Source: a virus. Taken from it: a stretch of 64,000 nucleotides of DNA. The notes beneath the pieces were generated by a model. That model saw only the letters and a list, made by a program, of their open reading frames with translations, was not told where the DNA came from and searched no databases. The stretch spans positions 1 through 64,000 of IMG/VR virus record IMGVR_UViG_3300023174_000097; one strand, given 5' to 3'. A program made the translations under genes and the position numbers. Within the stretch, counting starts at the first letter, position 1. The number at the start of each line of letters is the position of its first letter. Positions 18,091 through 29,180 of this stretch are shown here, in pieces.

Positions 18091-19011
18091 ATGTCAGATA
18101 TTGAAAAAGAAATAAAAAAACAAAGCGAACTTCGTCCAGCTATAGAAGTTAATGTTAAAAAACCAGCAGAATATGATAAGCACTTAAGCGAAAAAGTAAT
18201 AGATGCAGATGTCAATACACATATAATACTTGGAGGTAAAACACATAATACTCCGGATATAGCTAAGGCAGCTTTTACTTCAAATATAACTTTAGTATCC
18301 GGAATGGGTACTGCTATAAAAAATTCACCACCTTTTTTAGAATCTGGAAAACTTTCTCTTAGTCCAAAATATTATTACGATTCTGCTGTAATACAAATCA
18401 GCGAGCAAACAAATGTTGATTCTAATTTCGGAGCCAGAATAGATGATGCAACAACATATAATCGTTCCGCGATAGCATTAAAAGCAGACGAAGTAAGATT
18501 ATTCTCTCGTGGAACTGTAAAAATTATAACCGGAATAGATCAGGCAGATAAACCAATTCCGGACGATCCAAAAAATACAAATCCGCCATCACATCAAAAA
18601 AGAGACTTGAGTGCAAACGGAATACATCTAATAGCAAATAATAGTGTTGAAAAAGTTGGCGAATTACAACCACTTGTTCTTGGAAATAATTTGGTTGAAT
18701 TTTTAAATGAAGTCCTTAATGAGATAAACAAAATTTATGCAGTTATAGAACAAGTATGTGAAAAACAGAGTTTTATTAATGAAGTAATAAAAGAGCATAC
18801 ACATCTTTCAAATTTTATACCTGAACCTTTATTGCCTTTGACTGACCCAAAATTAGTATCCAAAATAACGCTATATAATGAAGAAATGAAACAGCTGGTA
18901 AATATCAATAATAGTACTTCAAGAGTTCCGAATGTTGAAACTTTAAGAAATAACTATTTAAAACAAAATCCAGTTTTTTATATAAATAGCTATTACAATA
19001 AGACAAATTGA
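18091..19011 (+). CDS. Putative baseplate spike-like protein
   Basis: Beta-rich IALKADEVRLFSR, PLVLGNNL, HTH (HxH) metal-tip motif, baseplate context. Confidence 0.5.
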   Translation: MSDIEKEIKKQSELRPAIEVNVKKPAEYDKHLSEKVIDADVNTHIILGGKTHNTPDIAKAAFTSNITLVSGMGTAIKNSPPFLESGKLSLSPKYYYDSAVIQISEQTNVDSNFGARIDDATTYNRSAIALKADEVRLFSRGTVKIITGIDQADKPIPDDPKNTNPPSHQKRDLSANGIHLIANNSVEKVGELQPLVLGNNLVEFLNEVLNEINKIYAVIEQVCEKQSFINEVIKEHTHLSNFIPEPLLPLTDPKLVSKITLYNEEMKQLVNINNSTSRVPNVETLRNNYLKQNPVFYINSYYNKTN

Positions 19012-19012
19012 T

Positions 19013-22000
19013 ATGAGAACACCAGAGCAAAAAAATCTACTAAATACAAGTTTTACTATTGATTTATCAACTGTAGATAAAAAAGTTGATAAATTAGTAA
19101 AATATTTAAAAAATTGTGAAATTGATTTAAAAGACGATGGAAAAGATTTCATAAACTTTCATCCAACATACAAAACAACTATAGAATCTTTGGATAGAAG
19201 AAAATATAAAGAAAGCTTATCTACACTTGTTTATAATATTTATTTAGATAGATTTTTAGAAACTAAATCTAAATTAATAAGTCAAAAAATAATGACTTAT
19301 CAAGATGCACCAATACCTGAACCTTTAGATGATTTTGGTTCAAGATTTGATGCATTTGCTGCGACAAATACAGATCCTAATAACGCTGTGTTAATTGCGT
19401 TAGGTACTAAACCATATAAAAACTTGAAAGTTGACATCTTTGAAGAGTCAGAGATAAGAACTTATTTAGAAAATGTTGCTTCTGCTTCATATGATTTTAA
19501 TAATTTAAATTTTTTATTAACAAAATTAGATTCTATAACAAATTCTTATTTAAGTATAAACTCTCCAGTTTCAATAAACTATTGTAATGATTTAAGAAAT
19601 GAAATTATTACAATTAAAAGTAATGTTGCTTCTTCTGATTCGCAAGAAGTGTTTGTATACAATTTACTTGAAAAAATACCATCTTTAAAGACAGCAGATA
19701 ATTTAATATTTGCATATGTAGAAAGCACATCAGAAACTTCAAAAAAGAAAATATTTCCGGCAGATGCCGAAATAGATGTTTTCCATTATTATCCAATGGA
19801 AGATGTATCATCTATTGTAGGTGAAAAATTATTAAAAGATGAAATAGAAAATAATGATGTTGAATATGAATTAAAAATTATAGAATCAGCAAGAATAAAA
19901 TTGCTTGATTATATAATAAGAACAGAAATTAAAAAAGCTATACAAGAAAAATTATCTTCTATTTCTTTTTTGAGTGATTTTAAATCAAAATATGATAGAT
20001 ATAACTTTTTAGAAGAAAAATTATATTCAAATTCTCAATCAATAAATGTAAAAAAAGAAAATTTATTTTTTAGAATAACTTTTTTAAGAGAAGAAGAGCA
20101 ATTATTATTAGAAAAAAATGAACAATTAACTTCCAATTTAAATATTGAATTTGTTAATAAGCAGTTTTTAAAATTTGAAAGTCCATTTGGTTCTATTGAT
20201 AGGAGTAATAAGTTCGTTGCCATAATTGGCGGTTCAGATTTGGTAGAAAATGCATCAGCTTTTCACTTTTTTGATCCAACCATATTATCAATACTCTCAG
20301 ATATAAATTATATTGATAATAATATTGTTGAAATAGATCCTTTTTATTGTCCAACTCCTCAATCATTACAGCCAAACACAATAATTCAAAGAGAAAAATA
20401 TAATAGTAATCAACTTATTTTAGAATCTTCTCCTTTATCTAAAGATAAAAATTTAGTAAATTCAAGGCCGAATGCTTTTACTTTTATTAATTTTCCGAAT
20501 TTATATTTTATACCAAATAAATTTCCGGATGCTCTTTCGTTCTATGAATCTGTAAATGCTAAATTAACTTTTAATAAGGCAAATAATTTAATAGTTCAAA
20601 ATAGTAAATATTATTATCAATCAAGTGCAGATACGCCATCTGCAAAACTAATAAGAGATCCTAATTCTAATCGTCTTTTTCAAAAAGCATTATTAAATAA
20701 TGGATTTAATGGGTTATATACTGCTAAATCTGATTCTTTTAGCGATCCAGTTTCAATACAAGCAGCAATAGAACGATTAAGAAAAACAACAGATGCATTA
20801 GCAAGTGATGCAGTTAATGAAATACAAGATATAGTTTTTGCAAGAACTAATATATCTTGTTTACTAAAAGAATTTCAAACATGCTTCCTTCCAAAAATAG
20901 GTAATTGTAGAGACATATTGAGAGGTTTTAGATTTTCTGAATTAGAAAGCATGTTGAATAAGGCATTTCCAGAATCTCTTTATACTGAATTATACAAAGG
21001 TATTAATCAATTTAAGATTAATAACTTAAAAGACGAAAGAGAAAAAAGACTTCTTCAAGAGATAAGAGATTTAGAAACAGCTATTCGTGAAAATGAAAGA
21101 AAGAGAATTGTTTTTAGTGAATTAGATAAAAGAACAGATCCAGGTCAAGCTTTTGATATAGCAGATAGAGCCATGCCTGCAGGCTCAGAAGGAGATATTA
21201 GCTTACAAGAATCTTATGAAAGAAAGCTAAAACAATACAGAGATTTAAAATTAAATCAAGAATCATCTCAAATAACAGAATTAGATAAAGTAAGAGCAAG
21301 AAAAGAGATGGATTTAGATGAATTAAAATTTATAGATGATTTCTTAGATTTATTAGAAAATGATTATGGAATAAATGTAGATATTTTATGTAGTATTGTT
21401 GATTTATTTAATATAAGTCCAATGTTTGGAGCAATACAATTACCAAGACTACCAGAATTTGATATATATCTTGAATTAAAACTTAATTTAGATTTATCAA
21501 TAGTTAAAATCATTTTTGATTCTTTCGTTGCTTTTATTATAAAAATATTGCAAGAATTGTTGACATGTGGTGGTATTAAGAATCTATTAAATGCTGCTCT
21601 AACAGGAGAAGCAAGTGGAAGTATGACAGGAGCTGCTTTTGCAGCAGCAAATCAATTAGCCAGAGGAAAATTTGATTTGGATGATTTTGTTTCAAGCAAT
21701 CCACAAGTTGATCCGGTTGCTTATACAAAATCATTTATTAATATTTCTAAAACTATCAAACCTCCATTAACAGTACAAGAAACTTCTCAATTAGATATGA
21801 GAGTTGACACTCCAATTGGAAGAATGGATACAACATCAAGAACAAAAAGTCTTCTTGTTTTAAATGTTGCAACACATTCTGCAACCACCGAAACAGAAAT
21901 ACAGCAATCACTCTCTTTATTAATTTCTGGATTGTCAAGAGTGATGACAGCAGATTCTTTCATGAGACTTTTTCACAAGCCAATGAAAGAAGATCTAAAT

Positions 22001-25000
22001 CAGGTAGAGCAATTTATAAAGCAATACATGACAGAATTATCATACTTGTTAACTCCAGGAACATTATCTGGAATTTTTACTTATTTGGGAAATATAACCG
22101 GATTAGATTCAGTCAGACAAGAGATGATGGCGCTATCAACATTCTATACTTCAAATTCTTTGGGTACAAGGAACGTTGAATGTCTTGATCCGAGTATTCC
22201 AGTTATTAATTCTACACCAGATGATTCTGAAGATTTAGAGCAAGCAACAAATGCTTCTCAAAATTTGGATAACATTAGAATTGACTCAATTGATAGATAT
22301 AGAAATTTATTACAAGATCTTTTATCTTCTTCTCCTGAAACACTTAAAAACAAAATAGATGACTCTATATTTAAACCACTTTTAATAGGAAAGTTACCAA
22401 ATGGTAAAGCCATTGAGTCTGTTGAAAAAGCAAAATCAGAAATTATAGATTCTAATTTACAAAATATTTCAAAAAAATTTAAAGCTGGATGTAATGAATA
22501 CTATTCTAATCTGGTATGTAAAAAACCTTTTAAAAGAAAAGTACCAAAATTTTTAAAACAAGATGACAGTACTGAACAATATGAAAATTCTGAATATAAA
22601 GATTTAGTAAATAAAGGTGGTTACAAAGAAGGTGAAGCACCAGATCCAATAGAAATTGAAGAAACAAAGTACGTATATGGTGCATTGTTTACTGATAGTT
22701 TTAATGTATCTTCAAAAACTCTTTCTATAAACAGTACACCGGAAGAATTAAAAATAACATTAACCGGCTCAAAAGGATATCCAAGTGTCAGAGAAAAAGA
22801 AGCTAATGCTTCTTCTGATGGAAGTAGCTGGAAAATACAAAGTATAATTTCAAATAATAAAAATAATATAACAATTTATGAAGGTAACTCAATAGAACAA
22901 AATAATATTAAATTTACTTTTGATATAAAAAATCAAAATATTAATACAAATTCTATTAATGAACAAATATTAGATTCAAGACAAGAATTTAATAAAATAT
23001 TAATAGATTCAATAACTGGAAGTTTAAATCTTGGTAATTCTTTAATAGAAAAAAGTATTAATTTGCAAACATTTGAAAACAAATTTGAAGAATATTCTTC
23101 TAATTCTTATAATGAATTCTTATCACTAATTTATGAAAAAATAACTAATGTAATATCCGAAGATGGATTATTGAAGCCAATTAATCTTGATACACTACAA
23201 AAAGAAAAATATATCACCGGAATAAAAAATGGACTTGATACAATATTGCCGGGATTATCATTAGCATTAGAAGGCAATTCATTGCCGGCTATAGTCAGTC
23301 CGAATGTAGACACTCCGCTAAAATATATCAATTTTTGTCCGAAACCAACAAAAAAACAAAAAAATGCAAAAGTTGATCCAGCATTATTTGGTGCATTGGA
23401 GTTGAAAGAATTTATATCTGAAACAATGAATAAAAGATCTCAAGAATTAGTAAATTTAAATACACTTGAAGATATGTTGAAAGATAAGGATAATTTATTA
23501 AAATTTTCCACAATAGATGGTTTATATTTGACATTAATAAGAACTGCATGTACGGAAATGTCTTTAAGAGCACTTTTCCCATTAAGAGTTTTTAATTATA
23601 ATAAGAAATTAATTGATGACTTGTTATTACCAACTTACATAGCAGAAACAATACAAAAAGAAATTATCTATGTATCAAAAACTCTAAATAGAGCAAGTCT
23701 TGTAGAATTAACACAAAAACATGTAAGCTATATACATGACTTTGTTTTTCAAGATGAATTGGACAAACCAGAAAATCAAAAACTATTCTATAAAATTAAA
23801 CAACTCAAAAAAGAAATTGTAATGTTAGAAGAAGACAGACAAATAGTTAATTCTTATTTAGGAAAGCTATATGTAGAAAGCGTAAATAATTCAAATATAG
23901 AATATAAAAATAAACTTGATAATTTTCTTTCTTGTATTAATACCGAAATAAAGAACAAATATAATGAAATCTTGTTATTACAAACAAGAAACATAGCCTA
24001 TAATGAGCTTGTAGTAATATTTGATAAGCTATCTTATTTAACCTCCACAAACGAAAGAGTAAAACAAGATTTGGGAACAGCATGTAAAGATATAGATCAA
24101 AATTTATCAGATAAAGAATTTTTATCAGTATTGATTCCGGAACTTTTAATAAAATCTGATTTAAAACAAGTGCATACAACATATACAACTTTAGATAATT
24201 TTATAGAAATGCAAAATAAAAGATATGATTCTGGTTCAAATCTTATAATGGAACATTATATTAATGTTCCAACAGTAAAGAATCAATATACTTCTTTAAG
24301 AAATAAACAGACTGAAATAGGTTGTTATGGTCCACAGCCATTTTATAAATTTAAAAAATTATTAGAAGAAGGAATACCACATTATGAATATGATAGAAGA
24401 AATTTAAATGATTATTTTGCACAAGATTTGACATATGAGATGAGATTGATTTATGTTCCATCTACAAATTTACAAGATCGTACTTCAATATTATTTGATC
24501 CGATATTAAACAATGTTAGAGGCATGGGAATTGTAAATGAAAATATTCAAAAATTAATAAATGATCATAAATATGCTCTATTATTGATTGATGATTTATA
24601 CTCGGTTAATAATTTTGAAAAAACTTATGTTGTTCCATTTATTGGAAAAGAATATAAAGATTATCAAGGAGATATAAAAAGAAAATTCGGAGTTATTAAT
24701 GAATTTCCATTGATAAAAGAATCACAAAGTCTTTATTCTGCTGGAATAGTTAATGTCTCTGATGTCTTACAGATATTACCATCTTTGGAGGCTGGAACTT
24801 CTAATCAGTTAACTGATTTATTGAAAGCAAAAATTTCTTGTAATGAACAGTTAAAGAAAATATATTCAATATTTACAAATGAAAATTTACTTTCTAATTT
24901 AACAATATTATCAAGTACTCAAATTCTTTCAGACGATAAAATAGTTGCTCCGTTTAGAAGTGTAAGAAAAGAAATAATAAATAATATTTTCACTAAAATG

Positions 25001-25513
25001 ATATCAATTTATAATAGAGATGATCTTGAGGATTTTTTTGAAAAAATGTCATCTATTGAATATTTTAAAGATTTTAATGCTGCAGAAATGGCAAAAATAT
25101 CTCTAAAAGCAGCAATATATGTTTTACAATATTATTGTCAAATGACTGATCCAAATATAAGTCTCGCACTTCTAATAAGAAATGCAGTTAAATTATCATT
25201 AGCTACGGCTTCTCAACTTCCAAATCCATTTGGTGGTCCAACTATACCATCAGAACTTCCATTGCCACTAAGTCCATTGGCAATCTATTCTATGGCTCAA
25301 TTACCGGTAACTGTTTTTGGTATTCCACCGGTTGGAATAGGCGTCGGCGCACCCTTAACAATACCCGGAATGGTTTTATTGGGTGCAGATTTATTATTAC
25401 TTTCTTTAGAGTTTTCAGAGAATTTAGATTCTAATGCAGAAAATGATAAAATAAAAGAAGAACTTAAAAATTATTGCTTTGATTTATCCGGCTATAAAAA
25501 ATATGGTGTGTGA
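19013..25513 (+). CDS. Very large hypothetical virion-associated protein, 2166 aa
   Basis: Uninterrupted ORF within the baseplate operon; hydrophobic Pro/Gly-rich C-terminus. Confidence 0.75.
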   Translation: MRTPEQKNLLNTSFTIDLSTVDKKVDKLVKYLKNCEIDLKDDGKDFINFHPTYKTTIESLDRRKYKESLSTLVYNIYLDRFLETKSKLISQKIMTYQDAPIPEPLDDFGSRFDAFAATNTDPNNAVLIALGTKPYKNLKVDIFEESEIRTYLENVASASYDFNNLNFLLTKLDSITNSYLSINSPVSINYCNDLRNEIITIKSNVASSDSQEVFVYNLLEKIPSLKTADNLIFAYVESTSETSKKKIFPADAEIDVFHYYPMEDVSSIVGEKLLKDEIENNDVEYELKIIESARIKLLDYIIRTEIKKAIQEKLSSISFLSDFKSKYDRYNFLEEKLYSNSQSINVKKENLFFRITFLREEEQLLLEKNEQLTSNLNIEFVNKQFLKFESPFGSIDRSNKFVAIIGGSDLVENASAFHFFDPTILSILSDINYIDNNIVEIDPFYCPTPQSLQPNTIIQREKYNSNQLILESSPLSKDKNLVNSRPNAFTFINFPNLYFIPNKFPDALSFYESVNAKLTFNKANNLIVQNSKYYYQSSADTPSAKLIRDPNSNRLFQKALLNNGFNGLYTAKSDSFSDPVSIQAAIERLRKTTDALASDAVNEIQDIVFARTNISCLLKEFQTCFLPKIGNCRDILRGFRFSELESMLNKAFPESLYTELYKGINQFKINNLKDEREKRLLQEIRDLETAIRENERKRIVFSELDKRTDPGQAFDIADRAMPAGSEGDISLQESYERKLKQYRDLKLNQESSQITELDKVRARKEMDLDELKFIDDFLDLLENDYGINVDILCSIVDLFNISPMFGAIQLPRLPEFDIYLELKLNLDLSIVKIIFDSFVAFIIKILQELLTCGGIKNLLNAALTGEASGSMTGAAFAAANQLARGKFDLDDFVSSNPQVDPVAYTKSFINISKTIKPPLTVQETSQLDMRVDTPIGRMDTTSRTKSLLVLNVATHSATTETEIQQSLSLLISGLSRVMTADSFMRLFHKPMKEDLNQVEQFIKQYMTELSYLLTPGTLSGIFTYLGNITGLDSVRQEMMALSTFYTSNSLGTRNVECLDPSIPVINSTPDDSEDLEQATNASQNLDNIRIDSIDRYRNLLQDLLSSSPETLKNKIDDSIFKPLLIGKLPNGKAIESVEKAKSEIIDSNLQNISKKFKAGCNEYYSNLVCKKPFKRKVPKFLKQDDSTEQYENSEYKDLVNKGGYKEGEAPDPIEIEETKYVYGALFTDSFNVSSKTLSINSTPEELKITLTGSKGYPSVREKEANASSDGSSWKIQSIISNNKNNITIYEGNSIEQNNIKFTFDIKNQNINTNSINEQILDSRQEFNKILIDSITGSLNLGNSLIEKSINLQTFENKFEEYSSNSYNEFLSLIYEKITNVISEDGLLKPINLDTLQKEKYITGIKNGLDTILPGLSLALEGNSLPAIVSPNVDTPLKYINFCPKPTKKQKNAKVDPALFGALELKEFISETMNKRSQELVNLNTLEDMLKDKDNLLKFSTIDGLYLTLIRTACTEMSLRALFPLRVFNYNKKLIDDLLLPTYIAETIQKEIIYVSKTLNRASLVELTQKHVSYIHDFVFQDELDKPENQKLFYKIKQLKKEIVMLEEDRQIVNSYLGKLYVESVNNSNIEYKNKLDNFLSCINTEIKNKYNEILLLQTRNIAYNELVVIFDKLSYLTSTNERVKQDLGTACKDIDQNLSDKEFLSVLIPELLIKSDLKQVHTTYTTLDNFIEMQNKRYDSGSNLIMEHYINVPTVKNQYTSLRNKQTEIGCYGPQPFYKFKKLLEEGIPHYEYDRRNLNDYFAQDLTYEMRLIYVPSTNLQDRTSILFDPILNNVRGMGIVNENIQKLINDHKYALLLIDDLYSVNNFEKTYVVPFIGKEYKDYQGDIKRKFGVINEFPLIKESQSLYSAGIVNVSDVLQILPSLEAGTSNQLTDLLKAKISCNEQLKKIYSIFTNENLLSNLTILSSTQILSDDKIVAPFRSVRKEIINNIFTKMISIYNRDDLEDFFEKMSSIEYFKDFNAAEMAKISLKAAIYVLQYYCQMTDPNISLALLIRNAVKLSLATASQLPNPFGGPTIPSELPLPLSPLAIYSMAQLPVTVFGIPPVGIGVGAPLTIPGMVLLGADLLLLSLEFSENLDSNAENDKIKEELKNYCFDLSGYKKYGV

Positions 25514-25535
25514 TAATTATTGTAGGAAATAATAT

Positions 25536-25925
25536 ATGGCTGGATTTGGACCAAAACTACCTTTAAAACTCGGAACCGAACAAGGTTATACTTTAATTTC
25601 TGATCTTAAAACTCTAAGTAAACAAAATTTTTTGATGTTATTATTAACCAATCCTGGTGAAAGGATTATGGATAGTAATTTTGGAGTTGGAATAAAAAAA
25701 TTATTATTTGAAAATTATAGTGCTGTATTAAAATTAAATTTTGAACAAAGATTAAAAAATCAAATTCAAATTTATGCACCCTATATTTCTATTAGAAATA
25801 TAAGCTATGGAAATACTGATATTGATGGTTCTTTGTTGGATATTACTATAACATATTTTATTATTCCTTTGGGAAATACTGTAAATTTAACCATACAATC
25901 AAATGGTAATATTATAAGTTCGTGA
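25536..25925 (+). CDS. Baseplate wedge protein, gp25/GPW-like
   Basis: QNFLMLLLTNPGERIMDSNFGVGI..LLFE. Confidence 0.9.
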   Translation: MAGFGPKLPLKLGTEQGYTLISDLKTLSKQNFLMLLLTNPGERIMDSNFGVGIKKLLFENYSAVLKLNFEQRLKNQIQIYAPYISIRNISYGNTDIDGSLLDITITYFIIPLGNTVNLTIQSNGNIISS

Positions 25926-25953
25926 AGTTCTATTTATATTAGAGGATTTTTTG

Positions 25954-27756
25954 ATGCCTAAAAAGAATATACCGATTGATTATCTGGCCAGAGATTTTCA
26001 AACTATAAAAGATGCTCTCGTTGAGCACGCAAAAAAGTATTATCCGGATACATATAAAGACTTTAGTGAAGTTGGCTTTGGAAGTTTGATGCTTGATACA
26101 GTTGCATATGTTGGAGATAATTTATCTTTTTATGTTGATTATGCTGCTAATGAATCATTCTTGGATACCGCTTCGGAATTTGATAATATTCTTAAACTAT
26201 CAAAACCATTTGGTTTTAAATATACAGAAAATCCATCATCTCATGGAATAGCAACTTTTTTTATTCTTGTCCCTGCAAATTCATTTGGAACCGCTCCTGA
26301 TGAAAAATATATTCCAATTTTGAAAAAAAATAGTTCTTTTCAAAATAAAACAGGAATATCTTTTTCTTTAGTAGAAGATGTTTATTTTAATCGTGAAAAT
26401 AATGAAGTTGTTGTTGGTGCAGTAAATGAAACCACAGGTCTTCCATCAACTTATGCTATTAAGGCATATGGAAGAGTTCAATCAGGATATTTAACACAAA
26501 CCTTTTATGATGTAGGTGAATATCAAAGATTTTTAAAAATACCAGTCAACATTGATCTTTTAACTGAAGTAATCTCTGTTACGGATACGGAAGGTAACGA
26601 ATATTACGAGGTAGATTATCTTAGTCAAGATATTGTATACAAATCAATTTTGAACAGAGACAATAATGATGGTAATGCAGAAGTAAAAAGTATATTAAAA
26701 CCATTTTCTGTCCCAAGAAGATTTGTAGTTATAAGAGAAAAAGATAAAACTTTTCTTCAATTTGGTACGGGAGATGCAACCAGCGATACGTATAATTCTG
26801 ATTTATTGGATCCATCTGCAGTTAGTTTAGAAGTATATGGAAAAAATTATATTTCAGATAAAGAATTTGATCCAAACAATTTAATCAAATCAGATAAATT
26901 AGGCGTTGTACCGATAAATACAACTTTAAAAATTGTTGCAAGAGCTAATAATTCTGATAACGTTAATACTGGAGCTGGAACTTTAGTTTCTGTTGCAAGT
27001 GCATTATTTGATTTTGGTGATACAAGAAATTTAGATACAACAAAAATTAATTCTATTCGTGGTTCACTTGAAGTTAATAATGAAGAAGCAATAGTAGGAG
27101 ATACTCCTCTTGTTACAGCTGAAGAATTAAAATTTAAAGTATACAATACATTTGGTTCTCAGAATAGAGCTGTTACTGAGAAAGATTATGAAGCACTCAT
27201 ATATAATATGCCGCCAGAATTTGGAAGTGTCAAAAGAGCTTCTATTGTTAGAGACTATGATTCATTTAAGAGAAATATAAACATATATGTTATATCAGAA
27301 GATTCAGCCGGTGGTCTAACAAATACAAATCAATCTATTAAAGAAAATGTAAAAGTTTGGTTAAATAAAAACAAAATGATAAACGATACTGTTGATATTT
27401 TAGACGCTAAAATAGTAAATTTATCTATTAAATTTAGCGTTATTTCTGATATAGAAGCAGACAATTCACAAGTTTTAAGAAATTGTATTTCTGCTTTGGA
27501 AAGAGAATATTCTAAAATAAAATTTATTGGAGAAGCTTTTTTTATAAGTGATGTTTATACAATATTAAAAAGCGTTCAAGGCGTTAATGATGTTAAGAAT
27601 GTAAAAGTGGAACAAAAAACTGGATTAGATTATTCTGATGTTTTTTTTGACATAAATCGTTTTATGTCACGTGACGGAAGATACATAGAAGCACCAAAGA
27701 ATGTAATTTTTGAAATTAAATTTCCACGTTCTGATATATATGGAGAAATTAGCTGA
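25954..27756 (+). CDS. Baseplate wedge protein, T4 gp6/baseplate-J-like
   Basis: IDYLARDF, YVGDNLSFYVD..ANESFL, LQFG.G, QNRAVT..DY; follows the gp25-like gene. Confidence 0.85.
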   Translation: MPKKNIPIDYLARDFQTIKDALVEHAKKYYPDTYKDFSEVGFGSLMLDTVAYVGDNLSFYVDYAANESFLDTASEFDNILKLSKPFGFKYTENPSSHGIATFFILVPANSFGTAPDEKYIPILKKNSSFQNKTGISFSLVEDVYFNRENNEVVVGAVNETTGLPSTYAIKAYGRVQSGYLTQTFYDVGEYQRFLKIPVNIDLLTEVISVTDTEGNEYYEVDYLSQDIVYKSILNRDNNDGNAEVKSILKPFSVPRRFVVIREKDKTFLQFGTGDATSDTYNSDLLDPSAVSLEVYGKNYISDKEFDPNNLIKSDKLGVVPINTTLKIVARANNSDNVNTGAGTLVSVASALFDFGDTRNLDTTKINSIRGSLEVNNEEAIVGDTPLVTAEELKFKVYNTFGSQNRAVTEKDYEALIYNMPPEFGSVKRASIVRDYDSFKRNINIYVISEDSAGGLTNTNQSIKENVKVWLNKNKMINDTVDILDAKIVNLSIKFSVISDIEADNSQVLRNCISALEREYSKIKFIGEAFFISDVYTILKSVQGVNDVKNVKVEQKTGLDYSDVFFDINRFMSRDGRYIEAPKNVIFEIKFPRSDIYGEIS

Positions 27757-29180
27757 TGTCTATCAAGAGATATATAGCAGAAAAAGATACGACTATAACT
27801 GATGCTTTTAAGCAGAATCAAATAAGTCGTGGAACATATTCTAACATGGGAGCATCCGATGTTCTTGAGATATTTTCTATATACGGACAAGTGACCACAA
27901 GCTCTTATGAAAAATCAAGAGTATTAATACAGTTTCCGATATCAGATATAGTCTCGGATAGAAATAATAAAATAATAGCTGAAAGCGGAAGTTGTCAGTT
28001 TATATTAAAGCTAAGTAATGCTTCGCACACAGATTCAACTCCTGATAATATAACAATTTCTATAGCTCCTGTCTCCGGAACATGGCAAGAGGGTGTCGGC
28101 TTGGATATGGAAGGATATAATGATTTGGGAGTAGCTAATTGGATTAGTGCATCCTCCACTTCAGGTTGGATCAATCAAGGTGGCGATACTTATTCGTCTT
28201 CTATGGATTATTTGATTGAGAATGCTACTGATGATTTAGAAGTTGATATAACACACTATGTAGAGAATTGGATTTCTGGTGCGATTCCTAACAATGGTTT
28301 TTTAATATCTCTATCTTCTATCTTAGAAGGAGACACTGAATCTTATTATACTAAAAAATTCTTTGCCAGAAGAAGTCAATTTTTTTATAAAAAACCATGG
28401 ATAGAGGTCAGAAGCAATTCATCTATTAAAGACAAAAGAAATTCATTTTATTTGAGTAGTAATTTACTATCTCAAGAAGATAATTTAAATACTATATTTT
28501 TAATAAACACAGTTAGAGGACAACTTAAAAATATTCCATCCGTTGGAACTGGAAGTTTGTTAGTGAGTTTATATAGTGGAACAATAACAAGTGGCCCTCT
28601 CGGTGTTCCTTTGGCTTTGATGGATGGTTCTATAACAGTTGTAACAGGAGGATATTATTCTCCAGGAACATATACAGCATCTATTGGTATTAGTGGTGCA
28701 TATGAATATCTATATGATGTTTGGTCATCACTTGATGGCGCACAACTATATACAGGTTCGGTAATCCATACTAATGTTTACGACGGTTCAGACGACAATC
28801 AAATACCAGATTATATATTATCTATGCCGTTATTAAGACAAACTTATAGAAATAATGAATTTGCAAAAATGAGAGTTGAAGTAAAAAATAAAATTTGGGA
28901 TTCAAACATCTATCATGTAGCAGCATACGAACCAGAAAAAACTAATATAGAAAATTTATATTATAGGATTATCAGATTGGCAGATAATCATGAAGTTATT
29001 GCATATGGAACTGGATCATTTAAGCATACATTAACTTCATACGATAGTGAAGGAAACTATTTTGATCTTGATATGAATTTATTTGAACCAGGGTTTGCAT
29101 ATAAATTATTATTTGGATTTGAATATAATGCTTCATTTTATGAAATGAAAGAAACATTTAAATTTAGGGTTGATAAGTAA
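27756..29180 (+). CDS. Virion structural protein with DNRLRE-like domain
   Basis: RVLIQF, W.EG, W...GGD, VDIT..VENW....NNG. Confidence 0.6.
   Translation: MSIKRYIAEKDTTITDAFKQNQISRGTYSNMGASDVLEIFSIYGQVTTSSYEKSRVLIQFPISDIVSDRNNKIIAESGSCQFILKLSNASHTDSTPDNITISIAPVSGTWQEGVGLDMEGYNDLGVANWISASSTSGWINQGGDTYSSSMDYLIENATDDLEVDITHYVENWISGAIPNNGFLISLSSILEGDTESYYTKKFFARRSQFFYKKPWIEVRSNSSIKDKRNSFYLSSNLLSQEDNLNTIFLINTVRGQLKNIPSVGTGSLLVSLYSGTITSGPLGVPLALMDGSITVVTGGYYSPGTYTASIGISGAYEYLYDVWSSLDGAQLYTGSVIHTNVYDGSDDNQIPDYILSMPLLRQTYRNNEFAKMRVEVKNKIWDSNIYHVAAYEPEKTNIENLYYRIIRLADNHEVIAYGTGSFKHTLTSYDSEGNYFDLDMNLFEPGFAYKLLFGFEYNASFYEMKETFKFRVDK

Noticed and set aside
19013-25513. Tape measure protein call for the 2166-aa ORF
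   Set aside because: No clear periodic Ala/Gly-rich helical pattern; left as hypothetical
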